From: an uncultured Ruminococcus sp.
GTDB lineage: Bacteria; Bacillota; Clostridia; Oscillospirales; CAG-272
DNA length: 64,000 bases
Direction: 5' to 3'
Assembly (NCBI GenBank): GCA_964621755.1
Contig: CAZUPI010000006.1
Location: forward strand, 4,024-68,023
Position 1 is the stretch's first letter; every line of letters begins with the position of its first letter. Position numbers and translations under genes: made by a program. The notes below the pieces were generated by a model, which did no database searches, was not told the origin of the DNA, and was given only the letters and a program-made list of their open reading frames with translations. This document shows positions 9,865 to 19,418 of this stretch, in pieces.

Positions 9865-11110
9865 ATGGTTGAAACAAAAGTAAATGACTTTTTGGAAAAA
9901 GAACGCTTGGGAAAACTTATGTGGAAATATGCCATTCCCTGTGTGATTTCCATGCTGGTTGCAGCACTGTATAATATCGTTGACCAGATATTTATTGCAA
10001 ATGCCAGTTATCTGGGCTCCTACGGAAATGCCGCTAATACAGTGGTCTTTCCCACCACAGTGGTTGCGATAGCGATCGCCGTTATGATTGGCGACGGCTG
10101 CTGTACCTTCGTCAGCATCAATCTCGGCGCCAAAAAACAAGATGATGCCCGCCGGGGTATCGGCAGCTCCGTCATAGCTGTCATCGCCGTGGGCATCATC
10201 CTCATGATTCTTTATCTGATTTTTCAAGAGCCTATTCTGAACGCCTTTGGCGCCAGAGTCAACGACGAGACCTTCCGGCTTTCAAAGGAATACTTCTTCT
10301 GGATCCCTTGGGGATTCCTTTTTATATGTTTGGTCAGGCGTTAAATCCTATCATTCGTTCCGATGGCAGCCCGCGCTTTGCCATGGGCACTCTGCTGATC
10401 GGCGCAATCCTGAACATCATATTAGACCCCATCTGCATCTATGTCCTGCATTGGGGAATGGCAGCGCTGCCATAGCCACCATCGTGGGACAAATTGTGTC
10501 AGCGATTCTCGCTGCGGCATATCTGTTCAAGATGAAAGCGGTGAAGATGGATAAGGATTGCTTTATCTTCCGCATAAAGTTGATACGGAGAATTCTTGCG
10601 TTTGGCTCGGCAAGCTTCCTGTCCCAGATTTCCATTGTACTTTCTATGGCCGCCACACTCAATATGGCGGTAAAATATGGGGCGATGGACGAGATATTCA
10701 GTCAACCGGAATATTCTCAGATTCCTACCGCCGTAACCGGCATCGTAATGAAATTCTTCCAAATCATCATTTCTATCTCTGCAGGTCTGGCCGCCGGCTG
10801 TATCCCGATTGCGGGCTATAATATCGGTGCGAAACGAAACGACAGAGTGCTGGGACTGATGAAAGGTCTGATAATAGTAGAGGCTCTGGTCGGCGTGGTG
10901 GCATCCCTGATTTTCCTACTGCTCCCCTATCAGCTCATCGGGTTCTTTGGTTCGGAAAATGAAAGCATTTATTACACCCAATTTGCAGTCTGGTATATTC
11001 GCGCTCAACTCTGTCTGCTGGCGCTGGCATGTATCAACAAGGGCGCCTTCATTTTCCTGCAATCTCTCGGTAAAGAATTAAAAAAAGCCCCGCCTGCCAG
11101 AGACGGATAA
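9865..11110 (+). pseudogene. MATE family efflux transporter, disrupted by two 1-nt frameshifts and a truncated 3' end
   Basis: MATE-like translation switches frame at the C-run 10305-10307 (...YFFWIP / LGIPFYMFGQALNPIIRSDGSPRFAM...). It switches again near 10460 (...LHWGM / GSAAIATIVGQIV...). MATE similarity stops after ...FLQSLGK and is followed by an unrelated 11-aa tail. Confidence 0.75.
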
Positions 11111-11464
11111 TACCTCTACGGCGCATTGAGTACCATACCCTATCGGGAACCGCGCCATTTGTATTATTCCTTGTTGTAATCCTTCTTTGGGGCATAGGCA
11201 AGGGTACGTTCTCCTGCGGCATACTTGGCAGGAAGGACGGTCTTGACCTTGCGGCTGGCGTCCTTGGCGAACCATTCAAGGTAACAAATGTAATGGTACC
11301 CAAACTGTAAAAATGCAGTTTGGGACCTTTCTTCAGAAAATACCAAACCGCTGTAATCTCCATCCTTGCGAGGATGAAAATTGCAGCAGTTTCATTCTTG
11401 TAAGCATAAAATTATGCTCAAAGTTGATTTCTGCTGAGAGGTATTCTTACTATAGGAGGATTAA

Positions 11465-12131
11465 ATGCAATATAAGATAGCCATTTGCGACGACGAACCG
11501 TTGCATATTGATAAGATACGAAGTATTCTTATGGATGAAGAAACCGATAATTACACCAAACCTGCTAATCTTCTTAATACCATAACCGCCGGTAAACGAT
11601 ACGACGTTCTTTTTCTTGATATCATGATGCCGGAAATAGACGGAATATCCCTTGCCCGTGAACTTCGTGAGTTAGATGAAGATATGCTCATCGTCTTTAT
11701 CACAAGCAAAATTGAATTTATGCAAACCGGGTATGAAGTTAAGGCATTCCGGTATTTGCTAAAAGATCAAATCGACACGGGGGTTGCCGAAAATCTGGAA
11801 AGATATTGAGAAGGAACTCCTCGATCGCGCAGACACATATTTTACTTACGAATTCGAGCGTAAGACGTATCGCTATCCATGCCGAGATATCCTGTATCTC
11901 GAAAGTAATCTGCGCCGCATTATCCTGCATACAAATCGCGATACAGTTGTTTTATACGGGAAACTGGATGATCTCGCTATAAAATATCCCATGTTTGTCC
12001 GTATTCACAAAAGCTTTCTTGTCAACCGCCGCTACATCCGCTCGATTTCTGCAGGTATGGTCGTATTGTCAAATGGTGACGTTCTGCCTATCAGCCGTAA
12101 ATATGCGGATTCATTGGAGGAATTACGATGA
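11465..12131 (+). pseudogene. LytTR-family response regulator (receiver plus LytTR domain) split by a frameshift in a G5 run
   Basis: The receiver domain is in ORF 11465..11809 (DVLFLDIMMPEIDG). The LytTR domain is in ORF 11784..12131 (FVRIHKSFLVNRRYI). The two frames join at GGGGG 11779-11783. Confidence 0.75.
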
Positions 12132-13159
12132 TCCTGTTAAGCAGTCTGATCCTTGATGCGGTTTTGTTAGTAATAAAAACTGTCCGCAAACGAAACATTA
12201 CGACATGTCTGCGTTTTTTGTCTATGTCCGTGTTGATCAACGTATTCGCCTATTATATGATCCTTGGATTGACAAAGACGTTTGGATATAATCTTTTGTT
12301 TGCTTTGGTCTGCAGTGTGGCTGCGAAGATTTTCGTTATCTGGCTCTATCTGCAACCGACCAAAGCCGAACACAAGAATGAACCTGTATACCTGCTGACC
12401 ATTTTGCTGTCGCTTTGTCTCCACGACAATCCGATTTTTGGTCTTATCAGCGGCGCGCTCCTTCTTTTGTTCGTTATATATTCGGAGCATCACGAGCATA
12501 CAAATTCCACTGAAACTTCCGAGACACGTCCGAAACGTGAAAGCGACATATACTTGAAAACCATTGAGGACAGTTATCGTAAAAATCGCGCACTCATGCA
12601 TGACTTGAAAAACCACATCATTGTGCTTAGGTCTCTGGCAGAGAAGAAAGAATATGACCAACTGCTTGACTACACGGATTCCATGGCGGAAAAAGTATCC
12701 GAAAATCTGTTTCCAGTCCACTCCGGCAACATCATTCTTGATGCGATTTTAGCAGACAAATACCACATTGCTCGGCGAAATGGGATTTTTGTAGAATTCC
12801 TCACCGTCATCTACGACGCCGACTTTGACAGCGGTGATTTATGCACTGTTATCGGCAATTTGTTCGATAATGCCATTGCAGAAAATCTCAAGACTTCTCA
12901 TACTGAAGAACGCCGTATTTCTATATCTATTCGGTCAAATGACAATAAACTTACAGTAGTAATGAAAAATCCTTTGTTCCATGTACTGAAAATAAAGGAC
13001 GGTCTTCCGGCAAGCGATAAACTGGACCTTGAGCACCATGGGATCGGTCTGAAAAATGTTCGCAGAGTCTGTGATGTATACGACGGTACTCTGTTCTGGG
13101 ATGATACGGACGGAATCTTCACAATTACTGCTAAACTGAAAATGACACGAAACCCGTAA
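12128..13159 (+). CDS. AgrC/GHKL-type sensor histidine kinase (polytopic N-terminus, HATPase_c_5-like C-terminus)
   Basis: ATGA overlap with the regulator gene. H-box MHDLKNH, N-box GNLFDNAIAEN, G-box HHGIGLKNV. Confidence 0.8.
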   Translation: MILLSSLILDAVLLVIKTVRKRNITTCLRFLSMSVLINVFAYYMILGLTKTFGYNLLFALVCSVAAKIFVIWLYLQPTKAEHKNEPVYLLTILLSLCLHDNPIFGLISGALLLLFVIYSEHHEHTNSTETSETRPKRESDIYLKTIEDSYRKNRALMHDLKNHIIVLRSLAEKKEYDQLLDYTDSMAEKVSENLFPVHSGNIILDAILADKYHIARRNGIFVEFLTVIYDADFDSGDLCTVIGNLFDNAIAENLKTSHTEERRISISIRSNDNKLTVVMKNPLFHVLKIKDGLPASDKLDLEHHGIGLKNVRRVCDVYDGTLFWDDTDGIFTITAKLKMTRNP

Positions 13160-13226
13160 ATTCTTACATGGAACAAAAAAACGAATAAAAATATGTTATA
13201 CTGAACGCTGTTAGGAGGTATATTTT

Positions 13227-13842
13227 ATGGAAACCAAACGAAAACATGTAATCCGAAACAATGGGACGATACCTGAACCGCAAGCTGACAAAATCGCTTT
13301 CCCCCGCGATCATCGACAAATTCTCAAAAATTGCATATCAGTATTATGAGAATCCGGAATTCAAGGATACAATGTCTCGCATGACTGCCAATCCGCAGCA
13401 GACGATTCACAACACTTTTTTCTCCGTAATTTCCTGCATCGGCCATGTTATGAAACTTGTTGGTATCCTCGGCGTTTTCTTCCGCGCATCTTTCTGGATC
13501 GGCATGGGTGCAGCGTTGATCGGTATTCCTATGTCAATTCTTGATTTGTGTGCTACAGATAAACAACAGCGTCTTCTGCGGGAAGCTACGACAGATCAGC
13601 GTATGGGTGAGTATCTGCAGGGATTATTTGCGGATAAACATTCAGCGTATGAAATTAAGATTTTCCGCGCAAAAGAGCATATCCTTGATATGTGGCACGA
13701 AACTACAAAGAAAATTTTTGACCGCTACAGCAGAATTACAAATATTCTATTAAGAACACAAAGTATTGTCTCACTCTTGAAAATTACATATACATCTTTT
13801 GCTGTCGTGACCCTTGTACTTGGTTTTCTTTCCGGAAGATAG
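13227..13842 (+). pseudogene. Remnant of an ABC exporter transmembrane domain (ICL1 to TM5, no NBD)
   Basis: A good RBS plus ATG at 13227 opens a 39-codon frame that dies. The ABC-TMD-like translation continues in another frame (ORF 13261..13842) without TM1-2. It runs out at TM6 (continuation IELGILVSILNSIGNLF lies in a third frame). Confidence 0.6.
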
Positions 13843-13932
13843 AACTTGGTATTCTTGTCTCGATTCTGAATTCTATTGGGAATTTGTTCTCTATCCTAAC
13901 AACACATCGTCCGTTTCGTCGGAACCGTTGGC

Positions 13933-15228
13933 GTGATAGCATCTTATGATGTGTGTTTTATTCCACTTGCGCTTTTAAGCGTTGTCCCTGCTTTTATTTC
14001 CAAATGGATTTACAACCGCGAACTTTACAACAGTATGAAACGGGAACAGACGCCTATGGCGCGCCGTCGCGACTGTTTATGGGGTGTGCTAACCGGAAAA
14101 GATACTGTGAAAGAACTGCGTACGATGCAAACGGAAACCTATATCAAAGAACAATGGACATCTGCAAGAGATGAAGTATTAGAACAGGATTTTGCTTTTG
14201 CTATGAAAAGCTCCAATGTTTTCCTGTTCTGTGATTTGTTCCGGTTGCTCGGATTTGCTGCAAGTATTGCATTGTCCATATATTTTGCAGGTTGTGGAAT
14301 TATATCTGTCGGACAGTTTGCTGCGTGTATTTCCGCGTCTGGTGGAATGCAGTTCATGACGGAACAGCTCATCGGGATGGAGACGGATCAGAATTCAAAA
14401 GCCGATTTTGCAGGTGATTTTTACGATTTCTTCGACAATGCGACCGAAACGGAAGGTGAGAAGCCGTTTTGCGGATTTAAGAAAGACATCGCTATTAAAA
14501 ATGTTTCTTTTGCTTATCCAACCGGAGACTCTGACGTCCTTTATGATGTATCGTTTACTATTCATAAAGGTGAGCGTGTAGTCATCGTTGGTGAAAATGG
14601 TTCCGGTAAAACGACTCTTTCAAAAATCATATCGGGCGTATATGAACCGAAATCCGGTGAAATTCTATATGACGGAAATGACGTCAAAACCTTTGAGCGT
14701 GACAGTTTTTACCGCCGATTTTCCGTGATCTCGCAGGATTTTGTAAAGTACCAGTTTACTATGCGCGAAAACATCGGCATGAGTACTCCGAATCAAATCC
14801 ACAACGACGAAAGGCTAATGCAGAGCGCGAAATCCGCAAATGTGGAACCCATCATCCGCAGAATCGGCGGATCAGATACACAGCCTGGACGGGAATTCGA
14901 TGGTGTGGAACTTTCCGGCGGTGAATGGCAGAAAGTCGCTATTGCGCGCGGACTTAACAAAGATGCAGACATCATCATTCTTGATGAACCGACCTCTGCA
15001 CTTGACCCCTTGGTAGAATATGATATTCTGAAAAAATTCATTGATCTAACCGAGGGCAAGACATCGGTGATTATTTCTCACCGTGTAGGTCTGTGTCGGT
15101 TTGCAGACCGGATTATTGTGACGCAGGATGGACGTGTCGCGGGGAATGGCTCACATGAGGAACTTCTGCGGAACAATGCTGAGTATACCCGTATCTGGAA
15201 TGAACAGGCTAAATGGTATGTAGAATAA
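13933..15228 (+). CDS. ABC transporter ATP-binding/permease protein, N-terminally truncated (TM4-TM6 plus NBD); probably non-functional
   Basis: Walker A GENGSGKTT, signature LSGGEWQKVAIAR, Walker B IIILDEPTSALD. Only about 150 aa of TMD precede the NBD, and no credible RBS or start is present. Confidence 0.65.
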   Translation: MIASYDVCFIPLALLSVVPAFISKWIYNRELYNSMKREQTPMARRRDCLWGVLTGKDTVKELRTMQTETYIKEQWTSARDEVLEQDFAFAMKSSNVFLFCDLFRLLGFAASIALSIYFAGCGIISVGQFAACISASGGMQFMTEQLIGMETDQNSKADFAGDFYDFFDNATETEGEKPFCGFKKDIAIKNVSFAYPTGDSDVLYDVSFTIHKGERVVIVGENGSGKTTLSKIISGVYEPKSGEILYDGNDVKTFERDSFYRRFSVISQDFVKYQFTMRENIGMSTPNQIHNDERLMQSAKSANVEPIIRRIGGSDTQPGREFDGVELSGGEWQKVAIARGLNKDADIIILDEPTSALDPLVEYDILKKFIDLTEGKTSVIISHRVGLCRFADRIIVTQDGRVAGNGSHEELLRNNAEYTRIWNEQAKWYVE

Positions 15229-15235
15229 ATAGAAA

Positions 15236-15267
15236 AATCCCACAGCCGGAGCATGACTGCGGGATTT
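15236..15267. terminator. Bidirectional hairpin terminator between the ABC remnant and rpsT
   Basis: AAATCCCACAG-loop-CTGCGGGATTT flanked by A- and T-runs. Confidence 0.55.
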
Positions 15268-15283
15268 CTTATTCATGCAGGAA

Positions 15284-15547
15284 TTATTGCATGCTGTTGA
15301 GCTTGAGTGTGAACTGGCTCTTCTTGTGAGCAGCGTTGTTCTTGTGGAGAATTCCACGTGCAGCTGCCTGGTCAACCTTCTTAACAGCGTTCTTGTATGC
15401 AACGGCAGCGTCTTCCTTATTGCCGGATTCAACTGCTGCATTGAACTTCTTGATGATGGTGCGGAGCTGGTTCTTGAACATCTTGTTCTGAAGTGTTTTT
15501 ACGGAAATGACTTTAACGCGCTTTTTAGCGGATTTAATGTTAGGCAT
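15284..15547 (-). CDS. rpsT: 30S ribosomal protein S20
   Basis: MPNIKSAKKRVKV...AARGILHKNNAAHKKSQ, 87 aa. Confidence 0.95.
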   Translation of the reverse strand: MPNIKSAKKRVKVISVKTLQNKMFKNQLRTIIKKFNAAVESGNKEDAAVAYKNAVKKVDQAAARGILHKNNAAHKKSQFTLKLNSMQ

Positions 15548-15845
15548 TGTTTTTTCTCCCTTTTCAATTTTTTTACGGAATGATTACCGAAACAATCCGG
15601 CTGCGCCTGAGAGGGTACGCATCCGGACAAATATCATACAGTATCATATTTTATCACGTTTTTCATAGAATTGCAATAGCTTTCATAAAATTTAACATTC
15701 AAAATCGGCGAAATTTTGGCTTCTTTATGTGCTAATTTTATGTATATTTTCGGGGGAGATTTTTTATTTTTTAATTGTTTACCGAAGTGAAGTGTGGTAT
15801 AATTATTTATTATAGTCCGTTAATGAAAATGAAAGGTCTCAATAT

Positions 15846-17057
15846 ATGAAATATCTTGTTCTTATCCCTGACGGAATGGCTGACCGCCCAACTTCCGCGC
15901 TCAACAACCGTACCCCCATGGAGGCAGCCGCAAAGCCTACTATGGATATGCTCGCGGCAAAATCCACTTGCGGAACCGTTTTGAACGTTCCGACCGGTAT
16001 GATTCCGGAAAGCGACACGGCCAACCTCGCGATTCTGTCCTACGACCCGCGCGCATACTCTAAGGGGCGTTCTCCCCTTGAGGCGATGAGTCTCGGCCTG
16101 ACGATGACCCCAGACGACACAGCCATTCGCTGCAACCTCGTCACACTCTCTGACGGCGACGTGTATGAGGAACGGGTCATGCTGGACCACAGTGCGGACG
16201 AAATCACGACAGAGGAAGCAGCGGAGTTGGTCGCTGCGCTCAACGAGGCCCTTCCCATGCCGGGACGTGTACTTCATACGGGAGTCAGCTACCGTCACTG
16301 CCTGATTTGGAGCGGCGCGTCAGACACATACAACTTCATGCGTCCGCACGATATCCTCGACCAAAAGATTGCCGAATACCTTCCGAAGGAATCAGACGGC
16401 GGTGCGGCATTTTTGAAATATATGAAAGACGGTGCTGCGGTGCTGGAGCATCATCCGGTAAACGAAAAACGGCGTGCACGGGGACTTCGTCCGGCAAACT
16501 CACCGTGGCTGTGGAGCCCGGGAAAGAAGCCTTCCCTTCCCTCGTTCCGTGAGAAGTGGGGTGTCAAAGCGGCTATTGTATCCGCAGTCGACCTCATCAA
16601 GGGAATTGGCATATGCGCCGGATGTGAAATCATCGACGTAGAGGGCGCAACAGGAAACTTTGCGACCAACTATACAGGTAAGGCAAACGCAGCGATTGAC
16701 GCATTCGAGAGAGGCATGGATTTGGTATACGTTCACGTAGAGGCGCCGGACGAATGCGGTCACCACGGAGAAGCGGACGTGAAGACAGCGGCCATCGAAA
16801 AAATCGACGGGCTGATTTTGCGGCCGATACTTGAGTATTTGGAGAAATCGGGAGAAGCGTTCCGCATTCTGGTGCTTCCCGACCATCCGACTCCGATTGA
16901 ACTGCGCACGCACACGTCTGAGCCGGTGCCGTTCTTCCTTTACGACTCCGCATCGGTGAAGGAGGGTGTTCCTTCGTTCACGGAGGCGGAATGCGGAAAG
17001 AAGGAGCTGTACATCCCCGACGGAAGTACGCTGCTCTCGCACGTAATTGTGAAATGA
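15846..17057 (+). CDS. Cofactor-independent phosphoglycerate mutase-like protein (ApgM/metalloenzyme superfamily)
   Basis: MKYLVLIPDGMADRP... N-terminus, internal HVEAPDECGHHG and LPDHPTP motifs, 403 aa. Confidence 0.8.
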   Translation: MKYLVLIPDGMADRPTSALNNRTPMEAAAKPTMDMLAAKSTCGTVLNVPTGMIPESDTANLAILSYDPRAYSKGRSPLEAMSLGLTMTPDDTAIRCNLVTLSDGDVYEERVMLDHSADEITTEEAAELVAALNEALPMPGRVLHTGVSYRHCLIWSGASDTYNFMRPHDILDQKIAEYLPKESDGGAAFLKYMKDGAAVLEHHPVNEKRRARGLRPANSPWLWSPGKKPSLPSFREKWGVKAAIVSAVDLIKGIGICAGCEIIDVEGATGNFATNYTGKANAAIDAFERGMDLVYVHVEAPDECGHHGEADVKTAAIEKIDGLILRPILEYLEKSGEAFRILVLPDHPTPIELRTHTSEPVPFFLYDSASVKEGVPSFTEAECGKKELYIPDGSTLLSHVIVK

Positions 17058-17065
17058 GGTAAAAC

Positions 17066-17680
17066 ATGAATAACGACGAAAACAACAGGTCCGCGGAAAA
17101 AGTGGTTCCGAAAAAGAATGGTTCCCCGCGCAAGATGCTTGGCGACATTTACGAACTTCTCGAAATGCTGGGCGTCGTGACGGTAGTCATCATGCTGATA
17201 TTCGCGTTTGTGGTACGGCTAAACATTGTAGACGGGCAATCGATGGACCATACACTGGCAGACGGGCAGTATCTGGCAGTATCTGGCCTGTTTTACGAGC
17301 CGACGCCGGGGGACATTGTAATCATACACAAAATCTCGGCCTATCCTTACAACGCGCCTATCGTAAAGCGCGTCATCGCCGTGGAAGGTCAAACGGTAGA
17401 CATTGACTTTTCCACATGGACGCTGACCATAGACGGCGAAGTCGTCGACGAGCCGTATCGCTATTTGGCATCAGACCAGTTTCTGACAGCGGACTATTCC
17501 TTCCCAATAACGGTCGGCGAAAATGAAATCTTCGTAATGGGCGATAACCGCAACCACTCTGCCGACAGCCGCACAAGCGAGATTGGTCTGATAGACAAGC
17601 GCTGCGTCGTCGGAAAAGCCTATGCCCGCCTGTTCCCGTTCACCGACATCACGATATTCCAGAATCCGCGGGAAACGTAA
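17066..17680 (+). CDS. lepB: Signal peptidase I
   Basis: N-terminal TM segment, catalytic-Ser box IVDGQSMDHTL, KRVIAVEGQ Lys box, GDNRNHSADSR box. Confidence 0.9.
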   Translation: MNNDENNRSAEKVVPKKNGSPRKMLGDIYELLEMLGVVTVVIMLIFAFVVRLNIVDGQSMDHTLADGQYLAVSGLFYEPTPGDIVIIHKISAYPYNAPIVKRVIAVEGQTVDIDFSTWTLTIDGEVVDEPYRYLASDQFLTADYSFPITVGENEIFVMGDNRNHSADSRTSEIGLIDKRCVVGKAYARLFPFTDITIFQNPRET

Positions 17681-17894
17681 AGGGCAAAATAAAGAGAAAA
17701 AGCAATTCTAAGACAAGACGACTGTTTATGGTTTCAATCCAAGTAAATTATATTGGACGCCTGAAGAAATAAAAAATATAATGTTAGAATGCGCTCTCTC
17801 CGATAATGTTAGATAAATTTTAAGATAGATTACGATAAAATCTCTCTTTTTTATGCCGTAATTGAATAGATTCAGAACTTTAAGGAGTGATTTT

Positions 17895-18758
17895 ATGAAC
17901 GGAAATAATACTAATATCAACTGGTTTCCGGGGCATATGGCGAAGACGCGTAGGCTTATTACGGAAAATTTGTCGCAGGTCGATATTGTGATTGAGCTGC
18001 TCGACGCGAGAATTCCCAAAAGCTCGAAGAATCCGGAAATTGATAAGATTGTAAACAACAAGCCGCGGCTGATTTTGCTGACGAAGTCGTCTCTCGCTAA
18101 CGCGGCTGCCACAAAGCAGTGGGAGGCGTACTGTGGCGCGCTTGCCGTCGACACGGTGACCGGCGAAGGAATCCGCGAAATTGCGCCGGCGGTACGAAAG
18201 ATTCTCGCGGAGAAGCTGCAGCGATACGCGGACCGCGGGATGAGCGGGCGGAAGGTACGGGCGATGATCGTCGGAATTCCGAACGTCGGCAAATCTTCCC
18301 TCGTGAATCGGCTGAGCGGCGGAAAGCGTGCAAAAGTCGAGGACAGACCCGGCGTCACGCGGGCAAAGCAGTGGGTCACAACCGATATTGGGATCGAGCT
18401 GCTCGACATGCCCGGCGTGCTGTGGCCTAAGTTTGACGACCAGGCCGTCGGACAGAATCTTGCCTTTACCGGGGCCATAAAGGACACCATCTTGGACGCC
18501 GAAGAGCTTGCGTCAAATTTGTGCGCAAAGTTATACCAGACCGTGCCGAACATGTTCTGTACGCGGTACAAGCTGGACCGCGAAGCACTCGTCGACGCAG
18601 AGCCGTATGCTTTGCTTTGCGCAGTTGCCAAAAAGCGTGGATTCCTCATCTCCGGCGGGAAGCTGGATACGGAACGCGCCGCCGGAATTGTACTGGATGA
18701 ATTCCGCGAGGCAAAAATCGGGCGGATTACGCTGGAAACGCCACCGGAGAAATCGTGA
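17895..18758 (+). CDS. rbgA: Ribosome biogenesis GTPase A (YlqF/RbgA)
   Basis: WFPGHMAKT, circularly permuted GTPase (LLTKSSL ... GIPNVGKSSLVN ... DMPGVLWP). I chose the start at ATG 17895, which follows TAAGGAGTG. Confidence 0.9.
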   Translation: MNGNNTNINWFPGHMAKTRRLITENLSQVDIVIELLDARIPKSSKNPEIDKIVNNKPRLILLTKSSLANAAATKQWEAYCGALAVDTVTGEGIREIAPAVRKILAEKLQRYADRGMSGRKVRAMIVGIPNVGKSSLVNRLSGGKRAKVEDRPGVTRAKQWVTTDIGIELLDMPGVLWPKFDDQAVGQNLAFTGAIKDTILDAEELASNLCAKLYQTVPNMFCTRYKLDREALVDAEPYALLCAVAKKRGFLISGGKLDTERAAGIVLDEFREAKIGRITLETPPEKS

Positions 18759-19417
18759 TGATGGATGCTGCATTTGATAAGGCTTACACGAAGGAGTACG
18801 GTGTTGTCTGTGGAACAGATGAAGCCGGGCGCGGACCGCTCGCCGGTCCCGTAGTAGCGGCCGCCGTGGTTCTGCCGGATGGACTGATAATAGAAGGGCT
18901 TGACGACTCGAAGAAGCTGAGTGAAAAAAAGCGCGAACGGCTGTACGATGAGATAATCGAAAAAGCTGCAGCGTATGGGATTGCCCTATCTACGCACGTG
19001 GAAATCGACGAAACAAACATTCTAGCGGCGTCGCTGACTGCCATGCGGCGTGCAGTTGCAATGGTACGGGAGCGCGTGACCCCCGATGTTGTGCTTGTAG
19101 ATGGAAACCAGAACACGGATTTTGGAATCCCGAGCATTCCTATCGTTCATGGAGACGCGCTGTCGCAGTCTATTGCCGCGGCATCGGTACTGGCAAAAGT
19201 GACGCGTGACCGCATGTGCATGGAGTACGAGGAGAAATATCCGGGCTACGGATTTGCGAAGCACAAGGGATATCCGACGTTTGAGCACAAGCTGGCCATC
19301 TACCGGCTCGGGATATGCGAGATACACCGAAAGTCGTTTCTCAAGTTTCTCGAGAGGGATAAGGAAAAGCTCGAGCAGGCGCTGCGGGACCGCGAAGAAC
19401 AGATTGGAACGAGATAA
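18755..19417 (+). CDS. rnhB: Ribonuclease HII
   Basis: GTDEAGRGPLAGPVVAAAVVL, DDSKKLS, overlap with the rbgA stop. Confidence 0.9.
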   Translation: MMMDAAFDKAYTKEYGVVCGTDEAGRGPLAGPVVAAAVVLPDGLIIEGLDDSKKLSEKKRERLYDEIIEKAAAYGIALSTHVEIDETNILAASLTAMRRAVAMVRERVTPDVVLVDGNQNTDFGIPSIPIVHGDALSQSIAAASVLAKVTRDRMCMEYEEKYPGYGFAKHKGYPTFEHKLAIYRLGICEIHRKSFLKFLERDKEKLEQALRDREEQIGTR

Positions 19418-19418
19418 A

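Noticed and set aside
11164-11346. Transposase/IS fragment call for the 60-aa minus-strand ORF at the island edge.
   Set aside because: I could not match it to any IS family signature by eye. There are no terminal inverted repeats or DDE motifs. It is kept only as an unassigned remnant in the findings.
11465-12131. Programmed ribosomal frameshift in the LytTR regulator.
   Set aside because: There is no slippery heptamer or downstream stimulatory structure. The break lies in a simple G5 run and is accompanied by other lesions in neighbouring genes, so mutation or sequencing error is more parsimonious.
15548-15845. Possible ncRNA in the 298-bp AT-rich rpsT/apgM-like divergent spacer (imperfect hairpin CCGGCTGCG...CGCATCCGG in the rpsT leader).
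   Set aside because: Only a 4+4-bp interrupted stem and plausible divergent promoters are present (TGGTATAAT at 15795-15803). Nothing resembles a known RNA family.
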